From positions 64,127 to 128,126 of the forward strand of contig CAIOPG010000008.1 of the NCBI GenBank assembly GCA_903860135.1: a stretch of DNA of 64,000 nucleotides. Direction: 5' to 3'. The translations under genes were made by a program, and so were the position numbers. This document shows, one piece after another, positions 9,201-18,937 of the stretch (position 1 is its first letter; every line of letters begins with the position of its first letter). The notes under the pieces are model-generated. The model did no database searches. It was given only the letters and a program-made list of their open reading frames with translations, and was not told the origin of the DNA. The stretch comes from Candidatus Omnitrophota bacterium (lineage in GTDB: Bacteria > Omnitrophota > Gorgyraeia > Zapsychrales > Fredricksoniimonadaceae).

Positions 9201-10021
9201 CGCAGGAGGGCGAAGTTTTTGCCGGTGTTGATCTCTTTCTCGATTTCGGGGATCACGACCTGGCGCATGACGTCGCTCGCTGATCGGGCGGCGTCGCGGA
9301 TGTCGGCATTGTTCATCTGGCCCATGCCGGCGGCCGGATCCTTCATGTTCTGCTTGAGCGCCAGGTAATCTTCTTCCATCATGACCTTCATGCGCGTCGC
9401 ACCGAGGATCGCGGTATCACCCACCTCATAAACCTTGGCCTGATCGGGCATGATCCAGACTTTATTGAAGGTATTGGTCGGCAGGTCAGCGGTACCGAGC
9501 ACCTGGGTAACCCTGGCGTACACGCGTGACCAGAATTCCTTGCCCAGGTCTTTTTCAGGATAAATGAGTGAAGCGGTCAGCTGTTTGAGCACATAGTCCT
9601 GCGCCAGAAGGTCGCGGCCCATTTCAGTCTGGCCAAAGGCTTCAGGCACAATGCGGTCGTGTTCGTAGGGCGACAGGTTGACCCATAGGTCTTTTTCAGG
9701 GATGGTGAGCGAGGCAAGGAAATATTTAACGAGTTTTTCGGTTTCGGTCTTGATGAGCGCCTGATTGGCATCTGTATCGCCGCTGTCGACGATAAAATCA
9801 AACACCAGGGGCTGGTCAGGGTACACCTTGACCGCGCGCAGAGACACCGGCATATACGCGGCGCTCGGCAGAACCATGGCACCGGGCCTGGGCAGGTCCA
9901 TCACGCCCTGGGCATAACCGGCCGGCAGAAGGCCTGTCAGCATAAAGCAAACCACGACCACTGCGGCTACCGTTTTTCTTAATCCCCGACCACAAGACGT
10001 TCTGTCAAAATGACCCAACAT
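6239..10021 (-). CDS. large secreted polymorphic protein: signal peptide + conserved N-domain + AT-rich nucleotidyltransferase-like cargo + GGIDF C-terminal tail
   Basis: 1260 aa; signal peptide RKTVAAVVVVCFMLTGLLPAGYA; N-domain KYFLASLTIPEKDLWVNLSPYE..FGQTEMGRDLLAQDY shared with 23135-23983; C-tail GGIDFDP shared with 22730-23050 and 63125-63964. Confidence 0.85.
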   Translation of the reverse strand: MLGHFDRTSCGRGLRKTVAAVVVVCFMLTGLLPAGYAQGVMDLPRPGAMVLPSAAYMPVSLRAVKVYPDQPLVFDFIVDSGDTDANQALIKTETEKLVKYFLASLTIPEKDLWVNLSPYEHDRIVPEAFGQTEMGRDLLAQDYVLKQLTASLIYPEKDLGKEFWSRVYARVTQVLGTADLPTNTFNKVWIMPDQAKVYEVGDTAILGATRMKVMMEEDYLALKQNMKDPAAGMGQMNNADIRDAARSASDVMRQVVIPEIEKEINTGKNFALLRQVYQAMVLAMWYKNNLKDSLLGQVYADKNKVDGVDILDKTDKEKIYQRYIAAYKEGVFNYIKEDVDPVTQETLPRKYFSGGFQGTELAAKVRENAQKVDRAEKLPVQVRDAADAGHDLSSVKVAITQKPGKPEARPQTTFDRAATPQEQVEFVKSSNLPERAKVHFERSQVDAPERATLFFAAENGFGHLIDRWDDNDVAGQKEQLVKIEKIKMFYEKNNRHSQQIIQAAERHDISAIDRIYEEARVNELDGPKETKPALFLAKTENPPKPIDLTTMSVSDVQDVVGQYIENGITEEEARKLKVKEPFSFETQEKSDRNDAVFQAALKSGVLGVQYFVTNIKRASENSHIAYLEFMKQISQQYNGYVQIFLSVEESVKVLRGDGCGMTSAVQAVQNTMGYEFFKNANVNIITDGGTKDRGGPPTVKNGHIGNFPTANGSRYYLEVMKTILAVRSQMLHFGEGAQRRLVWAASDGTYNFVGGIKVGSRQISELKNDGNFGVTILGVPGQVFAPQDKQAVFQALDELVQANDGKEDGITENAVIKKSPALAAAIARIKKNKWHDLGENFADSNTGVQKLFQEKPTPVQMLFMLKKIDTNSIIPNAFLLVYTGDAFDQQQVAYKEGVMNGQSARIFPGSYFDLTVGKQYNPAFFATLSAEEQKFYTAVTKPVSVKEDKILVGQVNGFQDDGNVDRYIRGFHDKAKSMPGKETRIGRVQIDETIELVVPDGAHVILENVTIRNPDPTKRVKLILDGNSYLQNSKFIVPDNLHLKDFILQESDINMPLTAAPGIANVALQGVVVGNEEPTVWDISSNGWEKVSKLELYENEIIISLVHTGGPRFVNRSLIADYKGTSFADIIHGRFDEMAVTNPRLIIPASRESGVEPITMKNFLGQDGKTSVNSRDVQWTLNHVKMTAERQSLMREVRDNSATGGIDFDPAQLNLKVERTGAGMKVTVDPAELARIKADGVSGFRPVILNITPVKSLLPS

Positions 10022-10147
10022 AGAACTCCTTTTGATTATTAAGTTCCACCACCATTGTTGTGAATATAACCCGATTGGTAACGAATATTATAACCATACA
10101 CTATAATTTTACGGGAAGCAACCCCATGACCAAAAATACAAAGAAAA

Positions 10148-10417
10148 CTACGCTCCGCATTTACCGGCGTGGGGGCAGGAGGCGGCGCAGGGAGGTGGGG
10201 TAGCGGGTTTGGCTTCTGTCTTGGGGGCATCTTTCTTCTTATAATCGGTTTCATAGAAACCGGTCCCTTTGAAGATAACGCCATTGCCTGACCCTATGAG
10301 GCGGTGCAGTTCTTTCTTGTGGCACCGGGGGCAATCGGTCAGCTTGAGCGCCTGCATGGACTGCAATTCTTCAAACGCATGGCCGCACGCGGCACATTCA
10401 TATTCGTACGTAGGCAT
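10148..10417 (-). CDS. FmdB-family zinc ribbon protein
   Basis: MPTYEYECAACGHAFE...CPRC...IFKGTGFYETDY. Confidence 0.9.
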   Translation of the reverse strand: MPTYEYECAACGHAFEELQSMQALKLTDCPRCHKKELHRLIGSGNGVIFKGTGFYETDYKKKDAPKTEAKPATPPPCAASCPHAGKCGA

Positions 10418-10426
10418 AACAACCTC

Positions 10427-11557
10427 TTATTTGAAAACCTTTTTGATTTTATCCGCGATCGAACCGCCGTGGACCTCTTCACCGCTGGCTTTGGCGAATT
10501 CTTCGAGCAGGCGGCGTTGTTCGGCGGTCAGTTTCTTGGGAACATCGACCATGACCCGGGCATAAAGATCACCGGTCGTCCCGGCATCATGCACATCGGG
10601 CATGCCCTTGGCCTTGAAGCGGAACACCTTGCCGCTTTCTGTTCCCGGCGGCAATTTCATGGTCACCGGGCCGGCCAGCGTATCGGCCGTTACCTCGCCG
10701 CCGAGCGCGGCCTGCGTGAAACTGACCAGCAGGTCCATCTCAAGATCCTTTCCCGAACGGCGGAACTTGGGATGGACGCTCACACGGATGGAAATATACA
10801 GGTCCCCCGCACCGCCCTGGCCAACCTCGCCCTCGCCGCGCATGCGCATCTGGGAATCATTGTCGAGCCCCGGCGGAAAAGTGACATCAATGTTGCGCAC
10901 CACACGGTTATGCCCGGCCCCGCGGCACACCGGGCACGTTTCCTTGATAACACGCCCGGCGCCCCGGCAGGACGGACACGCCTGCGCCATACGGAAAAAC
11001 CCGCTGTTAACCATGACCTGCCCCTGCCCGCCGCACGCGGCACAGGTGCTCAGCGCGGTGCCGCCCTTCGCCCCGGTGCCCTGGCAATCCCGGCAGGATT
11101 CATTGCGCGGAACCTTGATGGTTTTCTTGATCCCCTTGAAAGCTTCTTCGAGCGGGATCTCCACCTCGTACTGAATGTCCCTCCCGCGCGCCGCCCGGCG
11201 TGAACGCCGCCCGCCGCCGCCGCCAAAGGCATCGCCAAAGAAATGCCCCAGGATCTCGTCCATATTCCCTTCGCCAAAGACGCTCGAGAAATCCGCGCCA
11301 CGGAAAATATCCTCGGACGTGTAATTCTGGTCGATCCCCGAATGGCCGTACTGGTCATACGTCTGCCGCTTCTTGACGTCAGACAGGACGCCATAGGCCT
11401 CGGATATCTCCTTGAACCGCTCTTCCGCGGCTTTCTTTTCTTTCTCTTCAACGCGGTCGGGATGAAAGCGCATCGCCAGCTGGCGGTACACCTTCTTGAT
11501 CTCTTCAGCGCTGGCGTCTTTCTTGATCCCGAGGATCTCGTAATAATCTTTTTTCAT
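10427..11557 (-). CDS. dnaJ: chaperone DnaJ
   Basis: J domain with HPD, G/F region, four CxxCxGxG repeats. Confidence 0.97.
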   Translation of the reverse strand: MKKDYYEILGIKKDASAEEIKKVYRQLAMRFHPDRVEEKEKKAAEERFKEISEAYGVLSDVKKRQTYDQYGHSGIDQNYTSEDIFRGADFSSVFGEGNMDEILGHFFGDAFGGGGGRRSRRAARGRDIQYEVEIPLEEAFKGIKKTIKVPRNESCRDCQGTGAKGGTALSTCAACGGQGQVMVNSGFFRMAQACPSCRGAGRVIKETCPVCRGAGHNRVVRNIDVTFPPGLDNDSQMRMRGEGEVGQGGAGDLYISIRVSVHPKFRRSGKDLEMDLLVSFTQAALGGEVTADTLAGPVTMKLPPGTESGKVFRFKAKGMPDVHDAGTTGDLYARVMVDVPKKLTAEQRRLLEEFAKASGEEVHGGSIADKIKKVFK

Positions 11558-13467
11558 TTATCATCCTGAACCTTAAAATCCGCGTCGATCACATCATCCT
11601 TGCCGCCCGACGGTTTCTCATTGTTCTGCGCCTGCCCGGGCTTCGCGTCCGGGCCGCACCCGCCGCCGCAACCTGGTTCGGCACCTGCCGCACCGGGCTG
11701 GGCCGCCTGGGCCTTATACATTTCTTCTGCCAATTTATGGCTGACCTTGGTCAATGCTTCCGTCGCGGCCTTGATCCGGTCAGGCGCCTTGTCCTTCACC
11801 GCCTGCTTGAGGGCCTCGAGTTCCTTGAGGATGCTGTCCCTCTCGGCCTGCGGCACCTTGTCGCCGTAATCCTTGAGCGATTTCTCGGTGGCATAGACAA
11901 GGGTATTGGCCTGGTTCTCGATCTCGACTTCATCCTTGCGCTTTTTGTCTTCTTCGGCGTATTTCTCGGCTTCCTTGACCATCTTCTGGATCTCTTCTTC
12001 GGAAAGTTTCTTCGGCGAAGTGATCCGGATGGACTGTTCCTTGCCCGTCGCCTTGTCCTTGGCATGAACATGCACAATACCGTTGACGTCGATGTCAAAG
12101 GTCACTTCGATCTGCGGGATGCCGCGCGGTGCCGGAGGAATACCCACAAGGTCGAAACGGCCGAGTTCGGTATTGTCATTGGCCATCTGGCGCTCGCCCT
12201 GCAGGACACGGATGGTGACCGCCGGCTGATTATCGTCGGCCGTCGAAAAGACCTGGCTTTTCTTGGTCGGGATGGTCGTATTGCGTTCAATGATACGGGT
12301 CGAAACGCCGCCCATGGTCTCGATCCCCAGCGACAACGGCGTCACGTCAAGGAGCAGAACATCCTTCACATCACCCTTGATGATGCCGCCCTGGACTGCC
12401 GCCCCGAGCGCCACGCACTCCATGGGGTCAATGCCGCGTTCGATCTTCTGGCCGACCTCTTTCTCGACGAAGCTCTGCACAATGGGCATGCGTGTCGGAC
12501 CGCCGACCATGATGATCTTGTCAACTTTGACATCCTGCCCGAGCTTGGTTGTCGCATCCTTGAGCGCCTGGCGGATCGGTCCGCGGCAACGCTCGACAAT
12601 AGGGCCGACCAGGCTTTCAAGCTTCGCGCGGTCAATCGACAGCGTCAAATGCTTGGGGCCTGTGGCATCGGCCGTGATGAACGGCAGGTTGATATCCGTC
12701 TGGATCGTCGAAGAAAGTTCAACCTTGGCTTTTTCCGCCGCTTCACGCAGGCGCTGGAAGGCCATCTTGTCCTGCATCAGGTCAATGCCGGTCTCTTTCT
12801 TGAACTCGCCCACAATGTGCGCAATGATGACATTGTCCATGTCCGTGCCACCGAGGAGATTGTCGCCGCTGGTCGAAAGGACCTCGAAGGTGCCGCCTTC
12901 GCCCATCTCAAGGATCGTGACGTCGAGCGTACCGCCGCCCAGGTCAAACACCATGATCTTCTGTTCCTTGCCCGCTTTATCAACACCATACGCCAGGCAG
13001 GCCGCTGTGGGCTCATTGATGATGCGCAGGACCTTGAGGCCCGCGATCTCGCCCGCGTCTTTGGTGGCCTGACGCTGGTTATCATTGAAATACGCCGGCA
13101 CCGTGATGACCGCGCCTTCGACGGTGTCCCCCAGGTATTTCTCGGCATCATCCTTGATCTTCTGAAGGATGAACGCGGAGATCTGCTGGGGAGTGAACTC
13201 TTTACCCATCACGCTGAACTTGTGATCTGTGCCCATCTTGCGCTTGGCGGCATAAACCGTCCCTTCAGAATTCATCGCGGCCTGACGACGGGCGGGCTCA
13301 CCTACGAGCCGCTGGCCGTCTTTGGTGAACGCCACAAACGACGGGAACGCTTTGCCCGATGCCACGCCCGCGCCTTCGGCTGACGGGATAATGACCGGAC
13401 GGCCACCCTCAAGGAGCGCCGCGGCCGAATTGGATGTTCCAAGATCGATACCGATAACTCTACCCAT
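11554..13467 (-). CDS. dnaK: chaperone DnaK
   Basis: [40 protein letters not shown]. Confidence 0.98.
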   Translation of the reverse strand: MGRVIGIDLGTSNSAAALLEGGRPVIIPSAEGAGVASGKAFPSFVAFTKDGQRLVGEPARRQAAMNSEGTVYAAKRKMGTDHKFSVMGKEFTPQQISAFILQKIKDDAEKYLGDTVEGAVITVPAYFNDNQRQATKDAGEIAGLKVLRIINEPTAACLAYGVDKAGKEQKIMVFDLGGGTLDVTILEMGEGGTFEVLSTSGDNLLGGTDMDNVIIAHIVGEFKKETGIDLMQDKMAFQRLREAAEKAKVELSSTIQTDINLPFITADATGPKHLTLSIDRAKLESLVGPIVERCRGPIRQALKDATTKLGQDVKVDKIIMVGGPTRMPIVQSFVEKEVGQKIERGIDPMECVALGAAVQGGIIKGDVKDVLLLDVTPLSLGIETMGGVSTRIIERNTTIPTKKSQVFSTADDNQPAVTIRVLQGERQMANDNTELGRFDLVGIPPAPRGIPQIEVTFDIDVNGIVHVHAKDKATGKEQSIRITSPKKLSEEEIQKMVKEAEKYAEEDKKRKDEVEIENQANTLVYATEKSLKDYGDKVPQAERDSILKELEALKQAVKDKAPDRIKAATEALTKVSHKLAEEMYKAQAAQPGAAGAEPGCGGGCGPDAKPGQAQNNEKPSGGKDDVIDADFKVQDDK

Positions 13468-13511
13468 AACTACCTCCTGTTAATGACGGATCATCATCCG
13501 CCACATCATTC

Positions 13512-13536
13512 GGGCGGGTTTGAAACCCGCCCCTAC
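13512..13536 (-). repeat. GTAG-type REP-like palindrome
   Basis: Minus strand GTAGGGGCGGGTTTCAAACCCGCCC between grpE and dnaK. Confidence 0.7.
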
Positions 13537-13539
13537 ATG

Positions 13540-14058
13540 TTAATTTTTCTTTGAAACCTTCACTTTGGCGGTGCGTACCACGCGTCCGCCTAAGGTGTAA
13601 CCTTTTTGAAACACTTCAAGCACGGTGCCGTCTTCATGATCGGCGGATTCAAAGACCATGAGCGCCTCGTGATTTTCATGGTCGAACTTAAGCCCCAGGG
13701 CTTCGATCTCGCGCACATCGTACTTCTTTAATAACTGCTGCATCCGGGCATAGACCATTTCCACGCCCTTTAAAAGGATCTCGCCTTCGGCCGGGCTGGC
13801 CTTGGCCGCCGCGATCGTGCGCTCAAAATCCTCAAAGAACCCCAGGAGTTCAATGATCACTTCCTCATGCGCGTATTTGATCAAGGCCGCCCGGTCACGT
13901 TCATGGCGCTTGCGCATATTATCAAAATCAGCAAATAAACGGACATAGGCTTCTTTCGCTTCTGCCAACTCCTGCCGGAGTTTATCCGCCTCGCTGACAA
14001 CAACCTCTTCAGGTGCCGCCACCGGCTGTTCTTCTATATTTTTATTCTCATCGTCCAT
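13540..14058 (-). CDS. grpE: nucleotide exchange factor GrpE
   Basis: RLFADFDNMRKR, FDHENHEA, VFQKGYTLGGRVVRTAKVKV; start MDDENK after GGAG. Confidence 0.95.
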   Translation of the reverse strand: MDDENKNIEEQPVAAPEEVVVSEADKLRQELAEAKEAYVRLFADFDNMRKRHERDRAALIKYAHEEVIIELLGFFEDFERTIAAAKASPAEGEILLKGVEMVYARMQQLLKKYDVREIEALGLKFDHENHEALMVFESADHEDGTVLEVFQKGYTLGGRVVRTAKVKVSKKN

Positions 14059-14080
14059 ATTTCTCCAGAACATATTAGGG

Positions 14081-14809
14081 TCAAAGTGTATCGTGCATCA
14101 GTTCCGCCACATATTCGAGCGTGGATACCACACGCGGATAATCCATCCGCACCGGCCCCAGGACCGCGATGCGCCCCGAAAGCCCGCCACGGGTGTTGAA
14201 CCGCGACACCGCCATCGCGCAATCCTCAAAAGCCGGGCAATCTGTTTCCTGCCCGATATAAACCTTGATCCGGCGGTCAAGGTCACGTCTCAACACCGCC
14301 AGGATCCGGTCTTTTTCCTCGAGCACTTTAAGGATAGCGACCATCTTCTGCAAACCCTGGGTGCCCACGGCTTCTGCCAGATAATTCATCCCGCGAAAAA
14401 TATATCCGTCGGGCTTGGCATCGATGCTGACAATGCTCATGCAATGCGTTGTTTCCGCGATCACCAGCGTTGTCATTTCTGCCAGCGCTTCCAGCTCTTC
14501 AATGCCGCGTTCATATTCTTTACGGATATGCAGCCGCTCTTCATCAAGCAGGGCCATTTCCTTCATCAGGAAATCAACATAATAACGGTACCCCCGCTCG
14601 GTCGGCACACGGCCCGCCGATGTGTGCGGATGCGTCAGATACCCATCCTCTTCGAGTTCCCCGAAAATATTGCGGATAGTCGCGGAACTGATATCCTGCT
14701 CATACTCATCGGCAATGAACGCGGAACTGATCGGCGTCGTCGTACGGATATAATGCCGGACCACCATGCCGAGAATGATATCTTTACGTTGATAAGGATC
14801 TGCACGCAT
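14081..14809 (-). CDS. hrcA: heat-inducible repressor HrcA (short form)
   Basis: SSATIRN..LEEDGYLTHPHTSAGRVPTERGYRYYVD and GPVRMDY; first gene of the grpE-dnaK-dnaJ operon. Confidence 0.93.
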   Translation of the reverse strand: MRADPYQRKDIILGMVVRHYIRTTTPISSAFIADEYEQDISSATIRNIFGELEEDGYLTHPHTSAGRVPTERGYRYYVDFLMKEMALLDEERLHIRKEYERGIEELEALAEMTTLVIAETTHCMSIVSIDAKPDGYIFRGMNYLAEAVGTQGLQKMVAILKVLEEKDRILAVLRRDLDRRIKVYIGQETDCPAFEDCAMAVSRFNTRGGLSGRIAVLGPVRMDYPRVVSTLEYVAELMHDTL

Positions 14810-14833
14810 AACGGTTTCCTTGCCTGACAGGGT

Positions 14834-14895
14834 TTAGCACTCTTGTCCTTGATTTGCCAAGCGCGCATTATAAAAAAAACACACCCCTGTGTCAA
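14834..14895 (-). promoter_or_regulatory. sigma70 promoter plus degenerate CIRCE for the hrcA operon
   Basis: Minus strand TTGACA(14895-14890)-N17-TATAAT(14872-14867), then TTGGCAAAT-N9-GAGTGCTAA (14860-14834). Confidence 0.85.
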
Positions 14896-14922
14896 CGTAT
14901 TTGCATCACAAAAAACAAATGA

Positions 14923-17055
14923 TCACACAACGATCCTGATCCCGCCCTCCTTGGCGGCATCGACCGTGATGGCCGCACCATCCTTGACATCCCCTTTCAG
15001 GATCCGGAGTGCCAAAGGATCCTGCACCGTACGCTGGATGAGCCGTTTCAGGGGCCTGGCCCCAAACTGCGGGTCATACCCTTCCTGGGCCAGCCAGGCA
15101 CGCGCCTTGTCCGTCACCTTGAGCGTCATCTTGCGTTCGGCCAGCCGCCGCGCCAGGATCGCCATCTGCATATCCACAATATGGATCACCGCCTCTTTCT
15201 TCAACCGCTCAAATACGATCACTTCATCGATACGATTCAGGAATTCAGGCCGAAAATGCCCCTGCAAGGCCCCGCGGATACGCGCCTCAACCACGCTCTT
15301 GGCCTGCTCTTCGAGGGCATATTCCGTTCCGATATTGGACGTCATGACAATGATCGTATTCTTGAAATTGATCGTACGCCCATGGCTGTCGGTCAGGCGC
15401 CCGTCGTCGAGGATCTGTAAAAGGACATTAAAAACATCCGGATGCGCTTTCTCGATCTCATCGAGAAGGACAACACAATAGGGGCGACGGCGCACGGCTT
15501 CAGCGAGCTGTCCGCCTTCTTCATACCCCACATACCCCGGAGGCGCTCCCACAAGGCGGGCCACCGAATGTTTTTCCATGTATTCGCTCATGTCCAGTCG
15601 CACCATGGCATTCTCGTCATCAAACAGGAATTCCGCCAGTGCCTTGGTCAGCTCCGTCTTCCCCACACCCGTCGGGCCGACAAAGATGAACGAGCCCATG
15701 GGCCGGTGCGGGTCATTGAGCCCCGCCCGCGAACGGCGCACACACGCCGCCACCAGGTCCAGCGCATCATCCTGCCCCACCACGCGCTTCTTCAACGCCT
15801 CCTCGATATGCACCAGTTTCCCGGCCTCGCCCTGACAAATGCGTTCCACCGGGATCTTGGTCCATTTCGCCACCACCGCCGCAATATCTTCCTCGCCCAC
15901 TTCTTCTTTTAGCAGGGGCTGTCCGCCCTGAAGCGCCAACAATACCGTATTCTTTGTATCGAGCTCTCGCTTCAATTCAACCAGCTTCCCGTAACGCAAT
16001 TCCGAGGCGCGCGCCAGATCGCCGGAACGCTCGGCCCTGGCTTCTTCAAGTTTGAACTGCTCCATGCTGGCTTTGATCTGACGCATCGTATCAATGACGG
16101 CCTTCTCTTTCTGCCAGCGCTTGCGCAGGTCGAGATTAATTTCTTTAAGGCCCTTCAACTGGGACTCCAGTTTCTCCAGGCGCTCTTTGGAGGCATCATC
16201 TTTTTCCTTCACCAGCGCCTGGCGCTCGATCTCGAGCTTCCGCACCTGCCGCTCATTCTCATCCAGGGCATGCGGCATGCTGTCAATGGCGATGCGCAGG
16301 CGCGAGGCCGCCTCATCAATCAAGTCTACCGCCTTGTCGGGCAGGAACCTGTCGGCAATATAACGGTCGGACATCACCGCCGCCGCCACGATCGCCGGGT
16401 CCTGGATGCGCACCCCATGATGCACCTCATAACGCTCCTTGAGCCCACGCAGGATCGCGATCGTATCCTCGACCGACGGCTCTGCCACCATGACCGGCTG
16501 GAACCGGCGTTCCAGGGCCGGGTCTTTTTCAATGTGCGTGCGATACTCATCGAGCGTTGTCGCCCCCACACAGCGCAGGGACCCCCGCGCCAGGGCAGGC
16601 TTCAACATATTCGACGCATCGAGCGCCCCATCCGCCCGCCCGGCACCCACGATCGTATGCAATTCATCAATGAAAAGCACGATCTCGCCAGCCTTGTCTT
16701 CCACTTCCTTTAACAGCGCCCGCAGACGCTCTTCAAACTCGCCACGAAATTTCGCCCCGGCCAACAAGGATCCCATATCAAGCGAAACCACCTTCTTGCC
16801 CTTGAGGCTTTCGGGGACATCCTGGGTCACAATGCGCTGGGCCAGCCCTTCCACGATCGCCGTCTTCCCGACCCCCGGCTCACCGATCAGGACCGGATTG
16901 TTCTTGGTGCGCCGCGACAACACCTGCACCACACGCCGGATCTCCTCATCACGCCCGATCACCGGATCAAGTTTCCCCTGGGCCGCCAACGCCGTCAGGT
17001 CCCGTCCGTATTTATCCAATGGACTTCTATTGTCGTCCTGATTTTCCATCTGCAT
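14923..17055 (-). CDS. clpB: chaperone ClpB lacking the N-terminal Clp-N domain
   Basis: Two AAA+ modules ([16 protein letters not shown]), coiled-coil M domain (ASELRYGKL), GARPLKR; starts directly at LDKYGRDLT. Confidence 0.93.
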   Translation of the reverse strand: MQMENQDDNRSPLDKYGRDLTALAAQGKLDPVIGRDEEIRRVVQVLSRRTKNNPVLIGEPGVGKTAIVEGLAQRIVTQDVPESLKGKKVVSLDMGSLLAGAKFRGEFEERLRALLKEVEDKAGEIVLFIDELHTIVGAGRADGALDASNMLKPALARGSLRCVGATTLDEYRTHIEKDPALERRFQPVMVAEPSVEDTIAILRGLKERYEVHHGVRIQDPAIVAAAVMSDRYIADRFLPDKAVDLIDEAASRLRIAIDSMPHALDENERQVRKLEIERQALVKEKDDASKERLEKLESQLKGLKEINLDLRKRWQKEKAVIDTMRQIKASMEQFKLEEARAERSGDLARASELRYGKLVELKRELDTKNTVLLALQGGQPLLKEEVGEEDIAAVVAKWTKIPVERICQGEAGKLVHIEEALKKRVVGQDDALDLVAACVRRSRAGLNDPHRPMGSFIFVGPTGVGKTELTKALAEFLFDDENAMVRLDMSEYMEKHSVARLVGAPPGYVGYEEGGQLAEAVRRRPYCVVLLDEIEKAHPDVFNVLLQILDDGRLTDSHGRTINFKNTIIVMTSNIGTEYALEEQAKSVVEARIRGALQGHFRPEFLNRIDEVIVFERLKKEAVIHIVDMQMAILARRLAERKMTLKVTDKARAWLAQEGYDPQFGARPLKRLIQRTVQDPLALRILKGDVKDGAAITVDAAKEGGIRIVV

Positions 17056-17087
17056 ATCATGCCCCTTCCGTAACCCTCATCACCATA

Positions 17088-17114
17088 TTATCACTCAGAT
17101 ACCAAGAGTGCTAA
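17088..17114 (-). promoter_or_regulatory. CIRCE element upstream of clpB
   Basis: Minus strand TTAGCACTC-ttggtatct-GAGTGATAA (one mismatch to consensus). Confidence 0.9.
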
Positions 17115-17126
17115 TTGTTCTCGCTT

Positions 17127-17159
17127 AAAAAACCCCTTGGCTAAATCACACCAAGGGGT
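17127..17159 (-). terminator. hairpin plus U-tract upstream of the clpB CIRCE
   Basis: accccttgg-N10-ccaaggggt stem followed by a T run on the minus strand. Confidence 0.45.
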
Positions 17160-17266
17160 GCATCTATTTCGAAATTAATACAACCTGCGAATTTTGTCAA
17201 GTATTTTTCATCAGAGATGTTGAATTGCCGACGATGAAACATGAAAATCACACACGTTTACAACAA

Positions 17267-17292
17267 CGGAACGGCTTGAAACCGTTCCCTAC
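17267..17292 (-). repeat. GTAG-type REP-like palindrome
   Basis: Minus strand GTAGGGAACGGTTTCAAGCCGTTCCG; degenerate copy at 17871-17890. Confidence 0.65.
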
Positions 17293-17333
17293 GAAAATTT
17301 TCACATTAACCAATATCTGTCACCTTGACATCC

Positions 17334-17591
17334 TCACGCATGCGTCATTACAGGAGCCTGTGGCACCGCAAACGGTATAATAGCATCAATAGAAAGATCC
17401 TCGTCGATCAAGGGCCAATGGATACCATATCCGGAAGAAGTCACCTCGCAATACCGACGCTGATCCATAGATGAACGTGCAAGCCGAGCAGAGATCTTTC
17501 GAACCTCAACCCGATAACCAACCTCATCAATATTCAATAACATATAACCATGATCAAAAGAAATATCAGTAACACTATGTATTTTCTTCAT
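17334..17591 (-). CDS. DUF2442 family protein
   Basis: SARLARSS..QRR..GYGIHWPLIDEDLSI. Confidence 0.85.
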   Translation of the reverse strand: MKKIHSVTDISFDHGYMLLNIDEVGYRVEVRKISARLARSSMDQRRYCEVTSSGYGIHWPLIDEDLSIDAIIPFAVPQAPVMTHA

Positions 17592-17592
17592 A

Positions 17593-17844
17593 TCAACGCC
17601 TTTCCTTCAATTCCTGCCATCTCTCAGTAATATAATCGAAATGATCAAAAATAATTCTACGGATCTCCCGTGATTCACTGGCTTTAAGCCCATATGAAAA
17701 GGCTTCCCGGACGTCAAACGTTTTTGAATCAAGCCAGAATTTACATTCAACCCCAGCTTTCCGCGCATGAATATGCATGGGCTCATGAGACTCATTGGAA
17801 TAAAAAAACAGTCGCCATCCGGATATTTCAAGTATTGTCGGCAT
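17593..17844 (-). CDS. DUF4160 family protein
   Basis: MPTILEISGWRLFFYSNESHEPMHIH..ECKFWL; canonical partner of DUF2442. Confidence 0.88.
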   Translation of the reverse strand: MPTILEISGWRLFFYSNESHEPMHIHARKAGVECKFWLDSKTFDVREAFSYGLKASESREIRRIIFDHFDYITERWQELKERR

Positions 17845-17895
17845 AATTATAACCCAATTAAACTCATATCGAAACGATTTGAAACCGTTCTTCCA

Positions 17896-18099
17896 TTATT
17901 GATCAATCCCCTCAAAAAGCTCCTTTAAATCCTTTGTCTTAGTCACTCTCCCAGTCTTAATATCAATGGTCGCCCGACGTTCGTCAGCTTGCCACTCTTG
18001 CGTATAAAAATACTGCTGATCCTTTGGCACTGCAATCTGATTATTGTGTCCTAATTGGTATTGCATCAATGCCCCCTCCAAACATAACATCTGCATCAC
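17896..18099 (-). pseudogene. C-terminal fragment of an AbrB/MazE-type antitoxin-like protein
   Basis: VPKDQQYFYTQEWQADERRATIDIKTGRV resembles AbrB-family antitoxin tails; no recognisable DNA-binding N-terminus. Confidence 0.45.
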
Positions 18100-18539
18100 G
18101 CGATGTCAAAGTGTTGCACATCAAAGGGATTAAATACCGACGCGCCGGTCATGGCGACATCTTTGGCATTGCGCGTGACGAGGGTCAAATTATGATGAAT
18201 CGCCGTAGCCGCCAAAAGGCCGTCGATCACAGGGATCAATACTTTGTTTTTCTGCGCATGACCGGCAATTACGCCCCAGCGGTCAGCCACACCTTCACTC
18301 ACTGGAATAATACGCCCTTCAAAACGGCGACGCAGGTCTTTTTCCAGCCAGGCCTCGATACTCACCCGGCGACCAGCGTCCGTCAGGGCGGCAACTCCTT
18401 TTCTAATTTCACCCAGCGTCAGAACACTCAAATAAAGCAGATCTTCATCGAGCCCTTTAAGCCATGCCGTGACCTTGGCATCAGGCCGTGGCCTGATCAA
18501 TTCGGAAATGATATTCGTATCCAGAAGAAAGCCGCTCAT
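18096..18539 (-). CDS. vapC: type II TA toxin VapC (PIN domain)
   Basis: FLLDTNIISE, LGEIRKG, IDGLLAATA, LVTRNAKD. Confidence 0.92.
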   Translation of the reverse strand: MSGFLLDTNIISELIRPRPDAKVTAWLKGLDEDLLYLSVLTLGEIRKGVAALTDAGRRVSIEAWLEKDLRRRFEGRIIPVSEGVADRWGVIAGHAQKNKVLIPVIDGLLAATAIHHNLTLVTRNAKDVAMTGASVFNPFDVQHFDIA

Positions 18540-18841
18540 AATGCAATGCTCCGGCCATGATCGGCATCACGTTGGAATTTAATTTCAGCACCAGACAGCG
18601 GCGACTTCGCAAAGAAATCAACCAAACTTTGCGATCCCGTATTTTTTCTAACCAGTCGCTCGAACTGCTCTGACGAAAGAATGACCACCGCCTCTTTTCC
18701 CTGGCGTGTAACCCATTGCGGCCCTTTGGTTCTAACCAACCGAAACAACTCGCTAAAACGCGCCTTGGCTACCTGCAACTGCCAGGCACCTTTCAAATTT
18801 ACGGAAACACTTCGCTTATCCAATACCTCGGCTGTAAACAT
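18536..18841 (-). CDS. Phd/YefM-family antitoxin
   Basis: WQLQVAKARFSELF...GPQWVTRQGKEAVVILS; ATGA overlap with vapC. Confidence 0.88.
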   Translation of the reverse strand: MFTAEVLDKRSVSVNLKGAWQLQVAKARFSELFRLVRTKGPQWVTRQGKEAVVILSSEQFERLVRKNTGSQSLVDFFAKSPLSGAEIKFQRDADHGRSIAL

Positions 18842-18855
18842 AATATCCTTTCCTA

Positions 18856-18882
18856 TGACTAGTCTGACTAGTCTGACTAGTT
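18856..18882. promoter_or_regulatory. three tandem 9-bp units, each containing the palindrome GACTAGT(C); likely TA operator
   Basis: tgactagtc tgactagtc tgactagtt directly upstream of the Phd gene. Confidence 0.6.
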
Positions 18883-18937
18883 AAGTATACAATCTATCAT
18901 CACATTTGACAATATATCATATCCATCCCAACGCCCC

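Noticed and set aside
11737-13383. 548-aa plus-strand ORF antisense to dnaK (also 3192-4094, 10304-11203, 32809-33750, 51031-51912)
   Set aside because: Shadow frames of GC-rich, strongly conserved minus-strand genes; no recognisable motifs or RBS
17334-18841. Integron cassette array for the clustered TA genes
   Set aside because: No convincing attC structures or integron integrase recognised
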